31,822 nt of DNA from the UHGV virus genome UHGV-0094578; one strand, given 5' to 3'. The DNA comes from a virus. Numbering within the stretch: position 1 is the stretch's first letter; the number at the start of each line of letters is the position of its first letter. The notes under the pieces were generated by a model. That model did not search any database, had not been told where the DNA came from, and worked only from the letters and a program-made list of their open reading frames with translations. Both the position numbers and the translations under genes were made by a program. Shown one piece after another: positions 1 to 7,380 of the stretch.

Positions 1-40
1 TTATCAATAAGTTACGTTAGTTAATATCTGTGAGTGTTCG

Positions 41-50
41 GCAGTATTTC
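41..50. other. candidate attL core (GCAGTATTTC)
   Basis: Exact 10-mer shared with 27080-27089, abutting the int stop codon (50-52). Flanks do not match, so the core would be short. Confidence 0.3.
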
Positions 51-1090
51 TAAGCTGTCGCGACATCTTTGCGACATTTTAAGGGGTTAAGTCGCACGGC
101 ATCTTCAAGGTGGCTTGGGGCGAAATGGGCATAACGCATTGTCATAGTGATGTCAGCGTGGCCGAGAATTTTTTGCAGAACCAGAATGTTTCCGCCGTTC
201 ATCATAAAGTGGCTGGCAAATGTATGGCGCAGTACATGGGTAAGCTGGCCGGAGGGGAGTTCAATGCCTGCACGTTCCAGAGCAGAGCGGAAAGCGTTGT
301 AGCAGGGCTTGGGGAACAGAGCGCCTTTTGTTTCAGGTAATTCGGACAGAAGTTCATCATCAAGGGGAATTGTTCTGTTGCGCTTCCCTTTGGTTTTGAC
401 GAACGTGACTTTACCCCCGGCGATCTGGGAGCTTTTCAGCGTTGCCGCCTCATTCCACCTTGCGCCGGTAGCAAGGCAGATTTTGACAACTAATTCTAGG
501 TATTTAACTTTACTTCGTTTGCATTCCAGTAAAAGCCGATCAATTTCTTCGGTAGTGAGGAAAGCCATTTCGATTTCATCAGTACGATACTGTCTGACGT
601 TTTCTAGTGGGTTGGGTGCTGACCATTCACCAATCCGTTTCAGCTCGTTGAACATAGCCAGGAAGTAAGCATGTTCAAGGTTCATAGTTTTCGGGGAAAC
701 CTTAGATACTCTGTTGGTACGGGCATAATGCCCATCCAGCCTTTTAGCGCGGTAGGCTGTGAACAACTGGGCATTAAATTCTGTAGCCAGCGGGAATCCC
801 ATGCATTCCGCCGCCCAGGTCATAGCATTTTTACGCTTTTCGCCATTGCTCAAAGCTACGCCGTGGCGTTCATACCACATTGTTATCAGATCTATTAAAG
901 TTCGCTTGTCCTTCCCTTCACCCAGCCACGGAGCTGCGTCTACTTTCTGAAGCGTATGGTTTTCGAATGCCAGGGCTTCCCCTTTCGTGGCAAATTTTTT
1001 ACGTATACGCTTCCCGTTCTTGCCATTACTGCGGTTGACGGTGTAGAAGTCGGCGATCCATTCGCCTGTAGGAAGTTTACGAACGCTCAT
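50..1090 (-). CDS. int: phage integrase, tyrosine recombinase (P2/186 Int-like)
   Basis: 346 aa; HVLRHTFAS (HxxR box) and C-terminal MRYAHF tyrosine region; sits at the element edge next to the repressor gene. Confidence 0.9.
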   Translation of the reverse strand: MSVRKLPTGEWIADFYTVNRSNGKNGKRIRKKFATKGEALAFENHTLQKVDAAPWLGEGKDKRTLIDLITMWYERHGVALSNGEKRKNAMTWAAECMGFPLATEFNAQLFTAYRAKRLDGHYARTNRVSKVSPKTMNLEHAYFLAMFNELKRIGEWSAPNPLENVRQYRTDEIEMAFLTTEEIDRLLLECKRSKVKYLELVVKICLATGARWNEAATLKSSQIAGGKVTFVKTKGKRNRTIPLDDELLSELPETKGALFPKPCYNAFRSALERAGIELPSGQLTHVLRHTFASHFMMNGGNILVLQKILGHADITMTMRYAHFAPSHLEDAVRLNPLKCRKDVATA

Positions 1091-1091
1091 T

Positions 1092-1673
1092 TTATTTTAT
1101 CGTCAGAACAACGCGGCCTATGATTTTTATGTCGTCAATTCCGCAATCAAATGCCATACCAACACCGCTAACTCTGACTTTTCGTACCGGAATCCGTGTA
1201 AGAGTGCGGACGCTTGTTTTTCCTTCAACTTCAACCAACCAATCATCGTCATAAACTTCAGAATAAGACTGGTCAACAATGTACTGAACAAGGCCATCCA
1301 GAACACAAATCGGTTGTTGCGGTAAGGGCTTACCAGGCAGGAAGATGACTTTATCAAGCATAAGTGTGCCAGCGTCATAGAGTTGGCCATCAACAATCTT
1401 GCTGCGCGGTATTTTGAGTATGTCTAATTCATCATCATTAAATTTACGTCCCTGTCCTGTCGCCAGCCACTCCAGATTAGCGCCTGTTTCGGCTACACAT
1501 TTCACGACAATGTCTGCCGGGAAAACTCCACGCTTGTAGCGTGAAGAAAGAGAACTGGCTGCCATGTCCAGATGTTCCGCGAGCTGTAACTTCTGCGTAA
1601 ATCCGTAAGCCTCGATCACCCTGTCAAGAATCGGTGTGCTATCTACGTTTAGGTCGATTTTAAATGTGCTCAT
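1092..1673 (-). CDS. cI: CI-type immunity repressor (phage 186 CI-like)
   Basis: ORF in track begins at GTG 1715; first ATG at 1673 gives MSTFKIDLN..., about 194 aa. Transcribed divergently from the apl/cII operon, as in the 186 switch. Resemblance to 186 CI is by recollection. Confidence 0.8.
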   Translation of the reverse strand: MSTFKIDLNVDSTPILDRVIEAYGFTQKLQLAEHLDMAASSLSSRYKRGVFPADIVVKCVAETGANLEWLATGQGRKFNDDELDILKIPRSKIVDGQLYDAGTLMLDKVIFLPGKPLPQQPICVLDGLVQYIVDQSYSEVYDDDWLVEVEGKTSVRTLTRIPVRKVRVSGVGMAFDCGIDDIKIIGRVVLTIK

Positions 1674-1708
1674 AGCGAATCCATAAATCTCGGTTCGAGA
1701 AATTAAAA

Positions 1709-1737
1709 TTGACACTTCTCGAAACGCGAATTAATCT
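1709..1737 (+). promoter_or_regulatory. candidate rightward early (lytic) promoter pR
   Basis: TTGACA (1709-1714), 17-nt spacer, TAATCT (1732-1737), upstream of apl/cII. A convergent leftward promoter for cI is expected nearby but could not be placed confidently. Confidence 0.4.
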
Positions 1738-1768
1738 GGCTCCATATTTCGAATGTTGCCTTATATAA

Positions 1769-1786
1769 CCCTGTATTGCCGTACAG
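1769..1786. promoter_or_regulatory. operator-like inverted repeat CCTGTA-N6-TACAGG in the cI/apl switch region
   Basis: Perfect 6-bp arms; its core also reads CTGT-N8-ACAG (1770-1785). Confidence 0.35.
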
Positions 1787-1808
1787 GTTAACTTGTGGAG
1801 TTTGCCTC

Positions 1809-2030
1809 ATGCGTCCGAACATTACAATCATCATCCCAGAGCCATACCTGCCTTTAGACGAGTATTGCCGCCGTACTGGTACCAACAAAGAAACCGCCAG
1901 GAACCTGATCGAATACGGGAAATTACCTATTAAGCCGAAGGGTAAGCAGAAGAAAGGCTTGGTCGAAGTCAACATGGCCGCGCTCACTATTCAGGCGTTA
2001 AGCGAATGTGACATTTCGCTTAACGCGTAA
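1809..2030 (+). CDS. apl: Apl/Cox-like excisionase and transcriptional regulator
   Basis: Small basic protein, first gene of the rightward operon directly opposite cI. ATG at 1809 chosen over the track start at 1776. Family call rests on position and size. Confidence 0.6.
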   Translation: MRPNITIIIPEPYLPLDEYCRRTGTNKETARNLIEYGKLPIKPKGKQKKGLVEVNMAALTIQALSECDISLNA

Positions 2031-2060
2031 TCCATCCTACGGATTAGGGAGAGGCAAACA

Positions 2061-2564
2061 ATGTTTGATTACCAGACCTCTAAACATGCGCACTTTGATG
2101 CGGCTTGCCGAGCATTTGCAAGTGAGCACAATCTTGAAGATGTGGCCGCTGCCGTTGGTATGAGGCCGCAGATCCTGCGCAACAAACTGAACCCAGCACA
2201 ACCGCACCGCCTGACCTGTGATGAGCTTTTGGCTATCACGGATTACACCGAAGATTCGCGTTTGCTTGATGGGATGTTAGGTCAGATTAACTGCCTTCCA
2301 TCCGTGCCGGTGAACAATGCCACAGAAGGCAACATGCAGTTATGCGCACTGAGTGCCACAGCCAGTGTGGGCGCGATTGCTGGGGAAGCCGTATCAACTG
2401 GCTATATGACTGCCGCCCGCCGTACTCAAATTCTGGATCGTGCCCGCGATGCAATCCGTAGCTTATCCGTGCTGGCTTATACCGTTGAAAGCCGGATTCA
2501 CTCTGCGCCTGTTTTGGCCGCTGCAGTGGATCTGGTCACAACCAACGCCACCGGCCTGATGTGA
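2061..2564 (+). CDS. cII: CII-like lysogeny establishment regulator (186 CII family)
   Basis: 167 aa, second gene of the early operon, Shine-Dalgarno GGGAGAGG before the ATG; order cI/apl/cII matches phage 186. Confidence 0.75.
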   Translation: MFDYQTSKHAHFDAACRAFASEHNLEDVAAAVGMRPQILRNKLNPAQPHRLTCDELLAITDYTEDSRLLDGMLGQINCLPSVPVNNATEGNMQLCALSATASVGAIAGEAVSTGYMTAARRTQILDRARDAIRSLSVLAYTVESRIHSAPVLAAAVDLVTTNATGLM

Positions 2565-2573
2565 GGGAACACC

Positions 2574-2747
2574 ATGAAAGCGTTTGTCACTTACCTGAAA
2601 AAAGAATCACCAGCCATGCAGTTGCCGAGTGGTTCAACGGGCTGGATAGAACTGCCAAACGGTCAGCGCTGGAACCCTGGTCACATGTACAAATTCAATG
2701 GCCAGCAGCCGCGCCGCCCGTGGTGGCATCGTCTGATGGGACTATAG
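2574..2747 (+). CDS. small hypothetical protein (57 aa), absent from the ORF track
   Basis: ATG 2574 preceded by GAGGGA, stop TAG 2745-2747 lies 9 nt before the next ATG; occupies the position of 186 fil-type small genes. Confidence 0.45.
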   Translation: MKAFVTYLKKESPAMQLPSGSTGWIELPNGQRWNPGHMYKFNGQQPRRPWWHRLMGL

Positions 2748-2755
2748 GGGGCGTT

Positions 2756-3184
2756 ATGGCGATTAGCCAGGAACAGCAAAAGCGCGGGCTGGAGCATTTA
2801 AAACAGATCCGCCGCAAATACTTCAACGAAAGCAGCGAGGCCGCTGAATGGTGGGACAACCTAACACCGGAGTGGCGCGGCGTGGTGCTTCATGCTGCTG
2901 CGGTTACTTCTGGTTCAGGGGCATTTAAAGCCCACTTAAGCAAATGTTGCTGGCGTGAGATTTATGAACGCCTGGGCTATCGGGACATGATTCAACTGCG
3001 CCAGGGCATTTCACGGGCGCGGTTAACGTTTGAAGGTTTCGGCAGTTTACGTGACAGCGATTTTTCAAAGCGCACCGCGAACCGCCCGATCAAAAAGGCA
3101 CATCCAATTTATAGCAGTAGTGGGGTACAGATGGTGATTGCACCTCATATCGTCCATAAGTTCCAGCAACAGGGGAATCACTAA
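2756..3184 (+). CDS. hypothetical early protein (142 aa)
   Basis: Track ORF 2561..3184 trimmed to ATG 2756 with AGGGGG Shine-Dalgarno; the upstream part overlaps cII and the 57-aa ORF in other frames. Confidence 0.6.
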   Translation: MAISQEQQKRGLEHLKQIRRKYFNESSEAAEWWDNLTPEWRGVVLHAAAVTSGSGAFKAHLSKCCWREIYERLGYRDMIQLRQGISRARLTFEGFGSLRDSDFSKRTANRPIKKAHPIYSSSGVQMVIAPHIVHKFQQQGNH

Positions 3185-3585
3185 TGACCATTATTTCCGT
3201 TGAGGGTAAATCGTTGGGGGCTGAACTGGCTGTGTGGGGTGTCCCGCATAACTACGCTGTAGCGTTTACAGAGAAAAGCACCAGTAAAAATGGCCGCATC
3301 GCTTTGCATCCGTTCTTCTTCAATGACACCGAGCACATGACGAATCCGCGTCACTGGTTGGCGATCAATGCCGCTTTCTGGTGCTGTGTGTATCGCGAAG
3401 CGGAAAGCAAAGAAGCCCAGATAGAAGCGCTGGCGGGGATTCGTGCGATTTTCTATACAGCCGGGGCGCTGGGAGTTGGCGAGATAAAAGCGCTGATCCA
3501 GGAGTGGTGGCGGACAACCTATGAACTGCACCTGATTCCGGTACCGAACTACTCAGCTGCCACAGTACACCCCACTTTTCACTAA
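3184..3585 (+). CDS. hypothetical early protein (133 aa)
   Basis: ATGA start/stop overlap with the preceding gene; phage-like composition. Confidence 0.65.
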   Translation: MTIISVEGKSLGAELAVWGVPHNYAVAFTEKSTSKNGRIALHPFFFNDTEHMTNPRHWLAINAAFWCCVYREAESKEAQIEALAGIRAIFYTAGALGVGEIKALIQEWWRTTYELHLIPVPNYSAATVHPTFH

Positions 3586-3652
3586 TTAACCGCCTGAATT
3601 TTTGGGCCATGTTTCAAGTGGCCGGGGATTCTTTTGCCTTAAGGAAACCAAA

Positions 3653-3886
3653 ATGCATATGACACGTCAGGATTTACCCGCAACAAAATCAGTCACTGAC
3701 CTGCTGGCAATGCTCACCAAAGCCACGCAGGAAGGTAAAGCCGCTGCTGCTGATTTGTGTTCCACCCGTCTGAATAAGCTGGCCACCCATGCAGCCAATG
3801 AAGGTTTAAGCGCAACGGAAATCGTTGAGTTGATCCGCGAAGAAGCCGCGGCGATTTGCAGCAAAGGCGGTGCGGCATGGCAATAA
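3653..3886 (+). CDS. hypothetical early protein (77 aa)
   Basis: ATG 3653 after AAGGAAACC; its stop overlaps the dam start. Confidence 0.5.
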   Translation: MHMTRQDLPATKSVTDLLAMLTKATQEGKAAAADLCSTRLNKLATHAANEGLSATEIVELIREEAAAICSKGGAAWQ

Positions 3887-4737
3887 AAACTCCGCTTAAA
3901 TGGGTGGGCAGCAAAGCCCGCCTTATGCCTAAGCTGCGTCCGCACCTTCCAGAAGGTAAACGCCTGGTTGAACCGTTCGCAGGTTCCTGCGCTGTCATGA
4001 TGAATACGGATTATGACGAGTATCTGATCGCAGATGTGAATCCTGATCTGGTTAATCTTTATAAGGCGATGGCGTATCACACTGATGCGCTGCTGAATGA
4101 GCTGGAGATCCTGTTTACTGCCGGTTCGTTAGGTGATGAAGAAAGCCGTGCCATTTTCTATTACGCAGTGCGTGATGCTTTCAATCTTTCTAGTGGTAAG
4201 GTCGGTTCTGAATCTGTTGAAAATGCTGCGCGTTTCCTGTACCTGAATCGCCACTGCTTCAATGGCCTGTGCCGGTATAATCGCCGAGGCCAGTTCAACG
4301 TCCCGTTCGGTAAGTATAAAAAGCCTTATTTTCCCGCTGATGAAATCCGTGCCTTTGCTGAAAAAGCGAAACGCGCAACGTTCATTACTGCCCACTATTC
4401 AGAAACGCTCGATTTGGTTCGGGACGGGAATGACGTTGTTTACTGTGATCCGCCTTATCTGACTGAAAGCGACAATTTCACCGCTTACCATGAGCGCGGT
4501 TTTTCGCACATCGTCCAGGGGAGGCTGGCGCGTAAATTGCGCCGTCTGGCCAGAAAAGGTGTGCCGGTTGTGGCCTCTAATGCAGATCTGGAAATGGTGC
4601 ATTACCTGTACGCCGGATTTGAAGCCGTTCGCATTAATGCCCCACGTAGTGTTGGTGCCGCAGCTGCAAGCCAGAAAGTTGCCGCAGAGTTAATTCTGAA
4701 GTCGCCGCTTGATTCTATAGCGATGGCCTGCGCATGA
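3877..4737 (+). CDS. dam: DNA adenine methyltransferase (Dam family, N6-adenine)
   Basis: DPPY catalytic motif (VVYCDPPYL) and N-terminal PLKWVGSKARL SAM-binding region. ATG 3877 with AAGGCGG Shine-Dalgarno (track start 3856 is TTG). Confidence 0.9.
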   Translation: MAIKTPLKWVGSKARLMPKLRPHLPEGKRLVEPFAGSCAVMMNTDYDEYLIADVNPDLVNLYKAMAYHTDALLNELEILFTAGSLGDEESRAIFYYAVRDAFNLSSGKVGSESVENAARFLYLNRHCFNGLCRYNRRGQFNVPFGKYKKPYFPADEIRAFAEKAKRATFITAHYSETLDLVRDGNDVVYCDPPYLTESDNFTAYHERGFSHIVQGRLARKLRRLARKGVPVVASNADLEMVHYLYAGFEAVRINAPRSVGAAAASQKVAAELILKSPLDSIAMACA

Positions 4738-6755
4738 CTCCTGTCGCCAATGGCCAACATCACGCCGTCGATACCTGGCGGCGTGAAACGTTCGCACCGG
4801 GTACACCTACAGACGCCACGATCACTGAGCGCCGCCTGTGGGCGGTTAACCCGCAGGATTACGAATGGTGCTCACAGTACCTTCATGAGATACCCGACTG
4901 GTTAGCCGGGTATTTTGGCCGTCGTTACGAAAAGCTGTTTGCTGGTCGTGACGGGCGTTGTCGTGCCAATACATTCCTGCGCCAGACTATCGGCGGGAGT
5001 GTATTGCCACGTCTGCGCAAAGTGGCTGCGCGTTACTCGCTGGCCGCTGACGCTGCTGATCTTACTTTTGGTAAGTCGCTGGAGCGCTTGCCGTCACTAG
5101 ACCGTCCTGATCTTAAAAAACTGGCTGGCCAGGTATCTGGCTGGATTTCCCAGTCACTTTATGACTTCACCGAACAGTTTGACTCCAGCACTGACGACGC
5201 CAGAGAGCTGCATCGCCGCACCTTGGAATCATACCGCCATCTTTGCGCGGGTTGCCTGATGCTGAATAACCAGCCGCCGTACTGGGCTGAACATGAGGCC
5301 AATGAAGGTCAACTGGAAATGCGTAAGGCGGAATCCGGGATACTGCGCATGATGGCGCCGGAATGGTGGTACCTACGTCTTAAACGTGCGCGTGATATGC
5401 AGCGCGAACATATGGCCATCGCGGTGGGACAGGTACAAAAAGCGGCCAGCGCTTATGTATCCCGCAAAACACTGGACGAATGGATAGACCAGAAAAAGCG
5501 GAATCTGGAGTTCTTTAAAAAGTTTGATCTGCTGAATGATGAGGGGCTGCGCATTGCACTGGACAGCATGGTGCACCGCAGCGTTGCAAATCCGGCGATC
5601 CGTCGATGTGAACTAATGGTAAGAATGCGAGGGTTTGAAGATATGGCCAATGAAGAAGGGCTGGCCGGTGAGTTTTACACCATCACCGCGCCATCACGTT
5701 TCCACGCAGTGCACAGCAAAGGTGGCTTTGTATCGCAATGGGATGGATGTACACCGCAGGATACCCAGCGCTATTTATGCGGCGTATGGGCAAAAGCACG
5801 CGCAGCGATCTCGCGTGCGGGTATTCATGTATTTGGGTTTCGGGTTGTTGAGCCACACCATGACGGGACACCGCACTGGCATATGTTGCTTTTTATGCGT
5901 CTGCAGGACGTGGACACGGTACGCGATATTCTTTGCTATCACGCCAGAATTACCGATTCTGAGGAACTGCAATCTGAAAAGGCGCTTAAGGCACGTTTTC
6001 ACGTTGAAGCTATCGATCCCGACAAAGGTTCAGCCACGGGCTACATCGCGAAATACATTTCAAAAAATATTGATGGTTTTGCGTTGGATGGTGAGCAGGA
6101 CGAAGAAACCGGCGAAAACCTGCGTGATATGGCTAAGTCCGTTTCTGCATGGGCTTCACGCTGGCGCATTCGTCAGTTTCAGCAGATTGGTGGTGCGCCG
6201 GTAACCGTCTGGCGTGAGCTGCGTCGGTTGCGGGATCTGGTGCTGACAGATCGCAGAATGGATGCGGTTCTGGCCGCTGCTGATGTTGGCGATTGGGCTG
6301 CATACACCCAAGCACAGGGTGGCGCACTGATTGCCCGCCGTGATCTGGTTGTTCGTCTGGCCTATGAAATTACGGAACAGGGCAACGAGTACGCAGAGGA
6401 CGTGCAGCGCGTACAGGGGGTTTATTCTCCTTTGGTTCCTGATTCGGAAGTTTGCACCCGTCTGGTTAAGTGGCAAAAGGTTGCGAAGTTGGCCGAAGCG
6501 CCAGCGGAGGCGGGGTTTTCTGGCGGCAACGCCGCCCCTTGGAGTTCTGTCAATAACTGTACGGAGGGGGGAATCCTCAGACGGTTAAAACTGGAATTAT
6601 GCAGCCGGGGTTTTAACGGTTCTAATGAAGAAATAGCCATTCTCTTACGGGGTAGTGGTTTGATGTTTGGCCAAGGGGGACTGGTTTACCGTAATGGGTG
6701 GCTTAAAGAGATTCAAAACGAGCCATTAAACGAGTTATGGCCGGGGTGGGTCTAG
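4734..6755 (+). CDS. A: replication initiation endonuclease, rolling-circle type (P2 gpA / 186 A family)
   Basis: 673 aa; HUH motif PHWHMLLF and tyrosine motif YIAKYISK; ATGA overlap with dam. Confidence 0.9.
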   Translation: MTPVANGQHHAVDTWRRETFAPGTPTDATITERRLWAVNPQDYEWCSQYLHEIPDWLAGYFGRRYEKLFAGRDGRCRANTFLRQTIGGSVLPRLRKVAARYSLAADAADLTFGKSLERLPSLDRPDLKKLAGQVSGWISQSLYDFTEQFDSSTDDARELHRRTLESYRHLCAGCLMLNNQPPYWAEHEANEGQLEMRKAESGILRMMAPEWWYLRLKRARDMQREHMAIAVGQVQKAASAYVSRKTLDEWIDQKKRNLEFFKKFDLLNDEGLRIALDSMVHRSVANPAIRRCELMVRMRGFEDMANEEGLAGEFYTITAPSRFHAVHSKGGFVSQWDGCTPQDTQRYLCGVWAKARAAISRAGIHVFGFRVVEPHHDGTPHWHMLLFMRLQDVDTVRDILCYHARITDSEELQSEKALKARFHVEAIDPDKGSATGYIAKYISKNIDGFALDGEQDEETGENLRDMAKSVSAWASRWRIRQFQQIGGAPVTVWRELRRLRDLVLTDRRMDAVLAAADVGDWAAYTQAQGGALIARRDLVVRLAYEITEQGNEYAEDVQRVQGVYSPLVPDSEVCTRLVKWQKVAKLAEAPAEAGFSGGNAAPWSSVNNCTEGGILRRLKLELCSRGFNGSNEEIAILLRGSGLMFGQGGLVYRNGWLKEIQNEPLNELWPGWV

Positions 6756-6769
6756 CAGGGTAAATATGT

Positions 6770-6785
6770 GAAATGCATGCATTTC
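6770..6785. promoter_or_regulatory. perfect 16-bp palindrome GAAATGCATGCATTTC
   Basis: Seen directly, 15 bp downstream of the A stop; no U-tract follows, so more operator-like than terminator-like. Confidence 0.3.
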
Positions 6786-6837
6786 TCAGTAGATGGAAGG
6801 AAATTAAATTTCACTATTCGTGCTTTACGGTGTACGG

Positions 6838-6859
6838 TATACTGGATACTTATCCAGTC
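6838..6859 (+). promoter_or_regulatory. SOS-box-like operator overlapping -10-like hexamers
   Basis: TACTGGATACTTATCCAGTC (6840-6859) fits the LexA consensus TACTGT-N8-ACAGTA at 15 of 20 positions with invariant CTG/CAG and an AT-rich spacer. TATACT at 6838-6843 overlaps it. Lies 22 bp upstream of the 6881 ATG. Confidence 0.4.
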
Positions 6860-6880
6860 ACTATTGCTTGTGGGGGCTAA

Positions 6881-7087
6881 ATGGATCTTTTGGAGGCGTC
6901 GGCACAGCTGGAACGCATTGAGTTATTAGCTAAAATTGCCCATGATTACGAAAGTAACCAGAGAGAAAAAACAATCGCTTTGGCCTGGATTGGAGAACTT
7001 GCGGAAGAGGTTCACAAAATGGTTAGAAAGGAAGGGAAAAGCCCTCATTCTGGGGGCTTTTTAGGCAGCGGGAGTCACTTTCAGTAA
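6881..7087 (+). CDS. small hypothetical protein (68 aa), possibly SOS-regulated (position of 186 tum)
   Basis: ATG 6881 with GGGGG Shine-Dalgarno; sits between A and the cos-proximal region, where 186 carries LexA-controlled tum. No sequence-level identification. Confidence 0.5.
   Translation: MDLLEASAQLERIELLAKIAHDYESNQREKTIALAWIGELAEEVHKMVRKEGKSPHSGGFLGSGSHFQ
7037..7061. terminator. candidate bidirectional terminator hairpin between convergent genes
   Basis: AAAAGCCC / GGGCTTTT stem (7037-7044, 7054-7061) around a 9-nt loop, A-run on one side and T-run on the other, at the 3' ends of the 68-aa ORF and ogr. Confidence 0.4.
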
Positions 7088-7330
7088 ATCTAATGCTACC
7101 TGGCGCTGAGCGGGAGAAAGTGCACTCAGTATTTTTTGCACCACCGCATCACCCGTTTTAGCGCTGGGGCTGAGAGTGTGGGAAAATGTCAGATTCATAA
7201 CAAATGTGTGGCCACATTCAACATCTGAACAGGCGCAGTAAATATCTGCAATTTGCCGATGCTTCCTGTTCGTTTTACGAATAACAGCCTTTGAGCCGCA
7301 TTCCGGGCATTCGATTTTCAGAACTCGCAT
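7061..7330 (-). CDS. ogr: Ogr/Delta-family zinc-finger late gene activator
   Basis: C-x2-C-x22-C-x4-C spacing (CPEC...CSDVEC followed by GHTF), the spacing I recall for P2 Ogr. Start ATG 7330 puts the finger at the N-terminus; an ATG at 7384 would be ATGA-coupled to the portal stop. Confidence 0.8.
   Translation of the reverse strand: MRVLKIECPECGSKAVIRKTNRKHRQIADIYCACSDVECGHTFVMNLTFSHTLSPSAKTGDAVVQKILSALSPAQRQVALDLLKVTPAA
7102..7125. other. candidate cos-like element
   Basis: GGCGCTGAGCGGGAGAAAGTGCAC resembles the P2 cohesive end as I recall it (GGCGAGGCGGGGAAAGCAC) and is followed by a T-run; lies downstream of the portal gene but inside the ogr 3' coding region. Confidence 0.25.
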
Positions 7331-7380
7331 ATTCCATGCTCCAGCTGTTAAATGAAGCATGGATTTTAGCCAGTTTCGCA

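Noticed and set aside
1-49. Search for a tRNA 3' end at the integrase-proximal edge as integration target
   Set aside because: No T-arm-like GGTTCGAATCC or CCA-terminal acceptor pattern seen at either edge by eye; cannot be excluded without a tRNA scan, but not supported.
110-950. Plus-strand ORFs (110..340, 309..668, 671..898, 759..950) overlapping the integrase gene
   Set aside because: They lie antisense to a well-supported integrase CDS, have no Shine-Dalgarno and no recognisable motifs; treated as shadow ORFs.
1770-1785. CTGT-N8-ACAG in the switch region as a bona fide LexA box
   Set aside because: The core spacing matches but the spacer is GC-rich and the flanking TA/TA positions are absent; kept only as an operator-like palindrome, not called an SOS box.
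2561-2755. N-terminal extension of the track ORF 2561..3184
   Set aside because: The extension overlaps the cII 3' end and a separate well-initiated 57-aa ORF in another frame; the ATG at 2756 with an AGGGGG Shine-Dalgarno is the more plausible start.
5635-6204. 189-aa plus-strand ORF in an alternate frame inside the replication gene A
   Set aside because: Entirely internal to A, no ribosome-binding site, Arg/Cys-rich composition typical of an out-of-frame read of GC-rich coding sequence.
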